Origin: Octopus sinensis
Taxonomy: Eukaryota
DNA length: 13,993 nucleotides
Direction of reading: 5' to 3'
Assembly: GCF_006345805.1 (NCBI RefSeq)
Contig: NW_021825982.1
Span: forward strand, 1 to 13,993
Each line of letters begins with the position of its first letter. Position 1 is the first letter of the stretch. The translations under genes and the position numbers were made by a program. A model generated the notes under the pieces. The model had not been told where the DNA came from. It did no database searches and saw only the letters and a program-made list of their open reading frames with translations. Below are positions 8,704 through 13,993 of the stretch, in pieces.

Positions 8704-9040
8704 TATATTTTTTACTGTTTATATGTTTGTACTGTCGTTACCGTCTTGCTTTTTTTTTACCCCTCTGCGAAAAGATCTCAGAATTTTAATTGATTTGCTT
8801 TTCGCAGGAAGGAAGTTTTCTTCGAAGTATACGTCTCGCTTTTATCCTTCGAAACGTTTAGTAGATGAAACCTTAGCGACTGAAGAAGGGGATTTTTCGT
8901 TGTGCTTATTGTCCTGTATCTCTTTTTTTGCTTGTCTTGTTCCTTGCTTTGTGTCTATGTTTTTCGTCTCTCTATGTGTTCGACGTCTTTTTGGTGTCCT
9001 GTACACATATATGCGTGTATATGTACATGTAGAGGTAGGT
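8704..9040. repeat. 337-bp direct repeat, copy 2
   Basis: About 99% identical to 7852-8186. Confidence 0.95.
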
Positions 9041-9282
9041 TTTTAATAAAGTATGATAAATGTATTGTTATGATTAATGACAATAAAAATTTCAAAAATG
9101 AAGCTACCTAATCTAATGTGCTAATAATTAAATTAAGTATTATAACATTCATGTGATACTTACTATATACACCTACTTTTGAACCCTACACACACTGACA
9201 CACACAGACACAGACAGAAAGATAGACACACATATATAAGCATAAATGTATATACATGTATATACATATATATATATATTTG

Positions 9283-9697
9283 GGCATACGAGGTTGGATT
9301 TCTTAAGCCCACGTGGTTCCGATTTCGTTCCCACTGTGTGGCACATTCGGCTTGTATCTTCTATGGCCTCGGGCCGACCAAAACCTCGTGAGTGAATTTG
9401 GTAGATGGAAGCTGAAAGAAGCCTGTCGTATATATCTATATCTGTATGTATGTATATCTATATGTGTGTGTGTGTGTATTTATGTGCCTGTGTGTGTCTC
9501 CCAGCCATCTCTTAGCAACCGATATGCTGGTATGCTTCTGCCCTCGTAATCTAGTGGTTCAGCAAAAGAGGACCGATAAAATAATAAGTACTAGGCTTAC
9601 AAAAAATGAGTCCCAGGGTCGTTTTCTTCGACTAAAACACTTCCAGGCTGTGCTCTAGCATAGCCGCAGTGAAATGACTGAAACAAGTAAAAGCGTA
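9283..9697 (+). mobile_element. SINE-A, near full-length, diverged
   Basis: Head (CACGTGGTTCC...GGCCTCGGGCCGACC...CTGAAAGAAGCC), microsatellite ~9428-9500, body, tail GACTGAAACAAGTAAAAG. Confidence 0.88.
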
Positions 9698-9924
9698 ATA
9701 GGATATACATGTATATGAATTTAATATACAAAAATGAAAGGGAAATGGAGATTAACATTTGACATATTTTAAATATAATTTATTAACACAATATTATATT
9801 ACAAGAAATATAATATAATATGGGTATTTATTGAAAAACCAGTGAAAAATTGGATGTTTTTCCATCCTTTTAAAGGAAATTCTTTTTCCTCGTATTGAAC
9901 TTATTTTATATATGTACCCATATG

Positions 9925-9928
9925 TATG

Positions 9929-9982
<54 letters not shown>
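9925..9982. repeat. (TA)n(TG)n microsatellite
   Basis: Direct reading. Confidence 0.95.
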
Positions 9983-9983
<1 letters not shown>

Positions 9984-9984
9984 C

Positions 9985-10815
9985 CAGGGTGCGGTGAATA
10001 AATAGTCGAAATAAACGAAATTGTCGAAAATAAGCTAAAATAACACTGTCATCTCATTTTAACATTTTTATATTTACCAAAATAACATAAAAATATCTTG
10101 AAATACTAAGGAGTAAATTTATTCAATAAAATCGCCATGGGCTTCAACCACGGCCTCTAAACTTCGGGAATCTCCTGCAATTCCTTTAGACGGTCTCCTT
10201 GTTTAATTTGATGAATGCTGCCATAATCCTTGCCTTAAGTTCACCTCTGGTGTTACAATGAGTTTTGTTGGTCTCTCGCTCAACTGCGCCCCACACATAA
10301 TAATCAAGGGGGTTACAGTGCGGTAGCATAAATTATGTGGTCGCATAAATTGTCTGACAGCAATGACTGGATTCTCCTGCTTGTGTGGCATGGTGCAGAG
10401 TCCTCTTACCAAACACAGGGTCTTCCAGCAGCCACCCTCTTGACCCAGGACAACACTACCTCCTCCAGGCACTTGATGTAGGCCTCCGTGTTGAGTCTGA
10501 GGCCGTGTTGGAAAATGAATGGAGGCATGACGATCAGAACGATCAGAGTGAGGTTTTCGAGCTGCCGTACCTTTGTAATCACCATTAGACTCACCCAACT
10601 CTTTCCGAATCCTCTGCACTGTCCTTGGATTGACACACAAACTCTCTAAAATGTTCGTATTGGAGCTTCTGGCGCGGATGGCAAGAAGTACAACATGTCG
10701 TTTCCAACTTTCTGAAAGAGTGAATTGCGTCATGGTGATGTTTTTCTCACAGACGGTGTCCAACTGACCCTACTATACTGTGTAGTCGACAAAATCAAAA
10801 CCAAATAATGCGCAT
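9985..10815 (-). mobile_element. maT/DD37D (Bmmar1-like) Tc1-mariner element, internally deleted, one end lost
   Basis: Pseudo-CDS 10733-10119: MTQF...WKRHVVLLAIRA...NPRTVQRIRKEL (HTH-like); deletion near 10531; VMPPFIFQHGLRLNTEAYIKCLEEVV..W*EDSAPCH; CNPLDYYVWGAVERETNK; RSLEAVVEAHGDFIE*. Terminus CAGGGTGCGG at 9985. The DD37D call rests on motif identity, because the spacer itself is disrupted. Confidence 0.85.
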
Positions 10816-10822
10816 GCACCAC

Positions 10823-10955
10823 GACTGCAGTCATGCCGGAGCACCGCCTTTAGTCGAAGAATTCGATCCCAGAACTTAATCTTTGTAAGCCTAATACTTA
10901 TTCTATCGTTCTCTTTTGCCGAATCACTAGTTTTCGGGGACATAAACACACCAAC
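10823..10955 (-). mobile_element. SINE-A body fragment
   Basis: GGAGCACCGCCTTTAGTCGA...TACTTATTCTATCG...GGGGACATAAACACACC matches 3062-3185. Confidence 0.9.
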
Positions 10956-10991
10956 TTATTTATGTCCATATACCGATGCTTATATATGCAT

Positions 10992-11274
10992 AGTGGCTGT
11001 GTGGTAAGTAGCTTGCTTACGAACTACATGGTTCCGGGTTCAGTTCCACAGTATGGCACCTTGGGCAAATGCCTTCTACTATAGCCTTGAGCCGACGAAA
11101 GCCTGTGAGTGGATTTGGTAGACGGAACCTGAAAGATGCCCGTCGTATATATGTGTATATATATATATATAATATATATATATAGATTATATATATATAT
11201 ATATATATATATTATATTATATATATATATATTATATGTGTGTGTGGTGTGTGTGTGTGTTGTGTGTGTGTGTG

Positions 11275-11306
<32 letters not shown>

Positions 11307-11518
11307 ATATGTTTTTGTGTCTGTGTTTGTCCCCCAACATCGCTTGACAACCGATGCTAGTGCGTTTACGTCCCCGAACTTAGCGGTTCGGCAAAAAGAA
11401 AACCGATAGAATAAGTACTAGGCTTATAAAGAATAAGTCCTGGGGTCGATTTGCTCGACTAAAGGCGCTGGTCCAGGATGGCCACAGTCGAATCCCTAAA
11501 ACAAGTAAAAGAGTAAAG
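10992..11518 (+). mobile_element. SINE-A, full-length, with ~185-bp internal (TA)n/(TG)n
   Basis: GTGGCTGTGTGG (A-box-like), GGTTCAGTTCC (B-box-like), CCTTGGGCAA, microsatellite 11146-11320, body, tail ACAAGTAAAAGAGTAAAG. Confidence 0.93.
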
Positions 11519-11782
11519 TGTATCTATGTAGGTACATATGTGTGAGTGTGTGTGTAACAATGTGTGTATATATCCATATGTATGTAAGTAATTTTTAAAA
11601 CCTTTTCCTGCTAATCTCTTTCGTTGCGTTAAATAAGACCCCCAAAATTAAAGCAGACTAAAAAAAATGTAAAAATAGACTGAAACTAAATAAACTATAA
11701 ACAAATAACAAAGGAGAAAAAACGAGCAAATGAAATAAAACGGTTAGCAGAAAAACTAGGTCAGACAAGGCGGCGTCGGTGA

Positions 11783-11865
11783 CACATGACGTCATTAAGC
11801 GAATATATATAATAGTTGCTGAGGAAACCCGTATGGAGTTTCCGTCAGTTGGATGACGTCATGTG
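11783..11865. promoter_or_regulatory. Two perfect CRE/ATF sites (ATGACGTCAT) within an inverted-repeat hairpin; function unproven
   Basis: CACATGACGTCAT (11783-11795) is the exact reverse complement of ATGACGTCATGTG (11853-11865); inner hairpin at 11819-11848. Confidence 0.35.
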
Positions 11866-12082
11866 CTTACATCAGAGCTTTAGTATTTCGTTCTATATAT
11901 AGCTCTTCATTTCCCCCCTCGTCCTCTCTTTGTTTTTATGCTTATAGCGACGGGGAAATACGTTGGGCATAGAATAGTTATTTTACGAAAGGAATTTGTG
12001 ACATGGTTCACTGTGCTGAATAGATATTTATTTTTAAATATGTGCGTGGGTGTAGGCATGTACGCAAGCATGTGGACACATG

Positions 12083-12175
12083 CACACACAGACACACACA
12101 CATACACACACGTACACACACACACACATTCACCACACACACACACACACACATACACGCATGTACACGTATATA
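12083..12175. repeat. Imperfect (CA)n
   Basis: Direct reading. Confidence 0.9.
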
Positions 12176-12357
12176 CATTCACAACTTTCTATTATATACT
12201 TAAGGCATTCATTATATCATGTCTATTTATCAGGCTAGTTAGTTAGTTATCTTTTTCTCCCTCTGTATGTATGTATATATATATATATATAGGTGCATAT
12301 ATATGATATTTTATATAATATACATATATGTATATACATGTTTAATATACATCTGTT

Positions 12358-12547
12358 TGAAGAAGGGGAATTTTCCTTGTTTTGTATGTCCTGTACTCTA
12401 TTTTTTCGTTGTTTTAATAAAATGTCCATTTCCTTGGTTTTGTGTTTATGTTTTCGTTTCTCATTGTGTTCGACGTTTTTTTTTTTTGGTGTCCTGTACC
12501 CATATATGCATGTATATATACATGTAGAGGTAGTAGTACATATATGT
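12358..12547. repeat. Diverged partial third copy of the 335-bp repeat family, same orientation
   Basis: TGAAGAAGGGGA...TGTCCTGTA...TGTGTTCGACGT...GGTGTCCTGTAC.CATATATGC.TGTATAT...ATGTAGAGGTAG aligns with 8027 to ~8200. Confidence 0.85.
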
Positions 12548-12549
12548 AT

Positions 12550-13075
12550 GTATATATGTATATATTTTATTTATTATTAATTTATATATATATATATATG
12601 TATGCATATATAAATATTGTGCATATATTTATACATATCTATATGTGTAAATATGTATATATATATATAATATATAATTATATATATATATATTATACAT
12701 ATCACGCGCACACAGAGACACACATACACACAAACAAACACTCACACACACACAAATACTTGCATATCGATCTATCTATCTATCTGTTTGTCTGTCTATC
12801 TATCTATTTATCTATCTCTCTATACATGCAAACATATATTCATATATACACGTACTTACGTGCGTACCAACCTACCTACCTACCTACGTTCCTACCTACA
12901 CACCTACTTACCTCCCTACATAATACATACATTCATACATGCATTCATGCATGCATACATATATATGTATATATATACATACAAACATACATACACACAT
13001 ACACACACAGACACATACATACATACATACATACATACATACATACATACATACATACATACATACATACACATG
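12550..13075. repeat. Compound microsatellite series (TA, CA, TATC, CCTA, CATA)
   Basis: Direct reading. Confidence 0.93.
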
Positions 13076-13158
13076 TTCACACACGCTTACATATAGTTGT
13101 CAGAAACAACTGCATTTTTATACAGAGAAGAGAACTATATACCGTCACAGATGTCGGA

Positions 13159-13197
13159 TGTTCAGATGATGAGAAAACCTCTCCGAAAATGCTAACA
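13159..13197 (+). other. Possible degenerate type-I hammerhead ribozyme relic
   Basis: TGTT-CAGATGA-TGAGA-AAACC-TCTCC-GAAA-ATGCT-AACA. Stems I and II are each 4 bp, but three conserved positions are wrong. Confidence 0.2.
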
Positions 13198-13565
13198 AAA
13201 GGTGATGACGGCGGTTATCTGCTTCAAAAGCTCTAGTTTTTATATTCAGATTATAAACTCGCATTCATACCAATAATAATTGTTGCATATAATATTGTAA
13301 GTAAATACTTTAGGGACAATGTGGATTAAATGCGGTTTCAGAAAAAAAAAAAAAAAAAAAAAAAGAAAAACCCCAGTTAACGCGCAGATGTAATTGTACA
13401 GCCTGTAAGCGGAACAGTAAAAGTACGTGAGACTTTTCTAAATGTTCAACATGTGATACTGATTTTGTTATTTACATTCCAATGATAGAGCTTTGTATCT
13501 TTGCTTGAAACCAGCTCCTTCCTTACAGAACAATTCAACTAATTAAGATGAAGAGAAAATACGTA

Positions 13566-13597
<32 letters not shown>

Positions 13598-13640
13598 TAT
13601 ATATATATATAATATATATATATTATATATATATATATAC
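13566..13640. repeat. (CA)n(TA)n microsatellite
   Basis: Direct reading. Confidence 0.93.
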
Positions 13641-13993
13641 ACCACAGGCACAACATTCACACACGCGCACGCTCACACACATGTTGAACGAACGAGGGAG
13701 ATATCAGATGGTAGAAAGATGTGTAAAGGGTTAGATTCCGCCGCGGATTTGTTTGAAATACATAACGATCACTAAATAATGAGATTGAATCAGCTACCGT
13801 TCATATATTACCTCTTATCCTTTTTCAGAAATAGGGCATCCCGCCAGCACTCATATACCATCGCGCGTGCGTGTATATATATATACATATATCAGCCGAA
13901 ATTGCGAGGATGATCCGGTTCTTGACTGAAGATTGAAGGCTTCGAATGTCCCGTCCGTGTTTTTTTGTATCGTCTTCTAAATGTTTTGCGTTC

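Noticed and set aside
7875-9046. Duplicated 118-aa and 107-aa ORFs in the direct repeats
   Set aside because: No recognisable domain. The N-termini differ through a T-run frameshift, and the third copy does not preserve the frame.
12442-13236. 264-aa ORF
   Set aside because: Mostly microsatellite-derived; the short unique C-terminus matches no motif I recognise.
13342-13364. A-run as the poly(A) tail of a retrocopy
   Set aside because: No upstream AATAAA at the expected distance, no TSD and no coding remnant.

Overview
Eukaryotic, AT-rich, repeat-saturated non-coding DNA (intronic or intergenic). The SINE families match what I recall of Octopus (coleoid cephalopod) repeats; this is recognition from memory, not a database hit. 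No intact host gene, rRNA, true tRNA or CRISPR array is supported, and most listed ORFs are microsatellite read-throughs. Contents: about 10 copies or fragments of one bipartite tRNA-derived SINE (here 'SINE-A') with an internal microsatellite; a CORE-like SINE with a 17-bp TSD inside a probable hAT MITE; a third tRNA-SINE head; decayed Tc1, mariner (DD34D) and maT (DD37D) transposase fragments; two R4/Dong-like RLE retrotransposon fragments beside a (TAA)n tract; many simple repeats. Unexplained structure: a 92-bp-arm inverted repeat (361-652), a ~99%-identical 335-bp structured direct repeat at ~852-bp spacing with a diverged third copy, a twin-CRE hairpin (11783-11865) and a degenerate hammerhead-like motif (13159-13197). 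Nothing here demonstrates a new system; the direct-repeat element and the TAA-associated retroelement cluster are the best leads.
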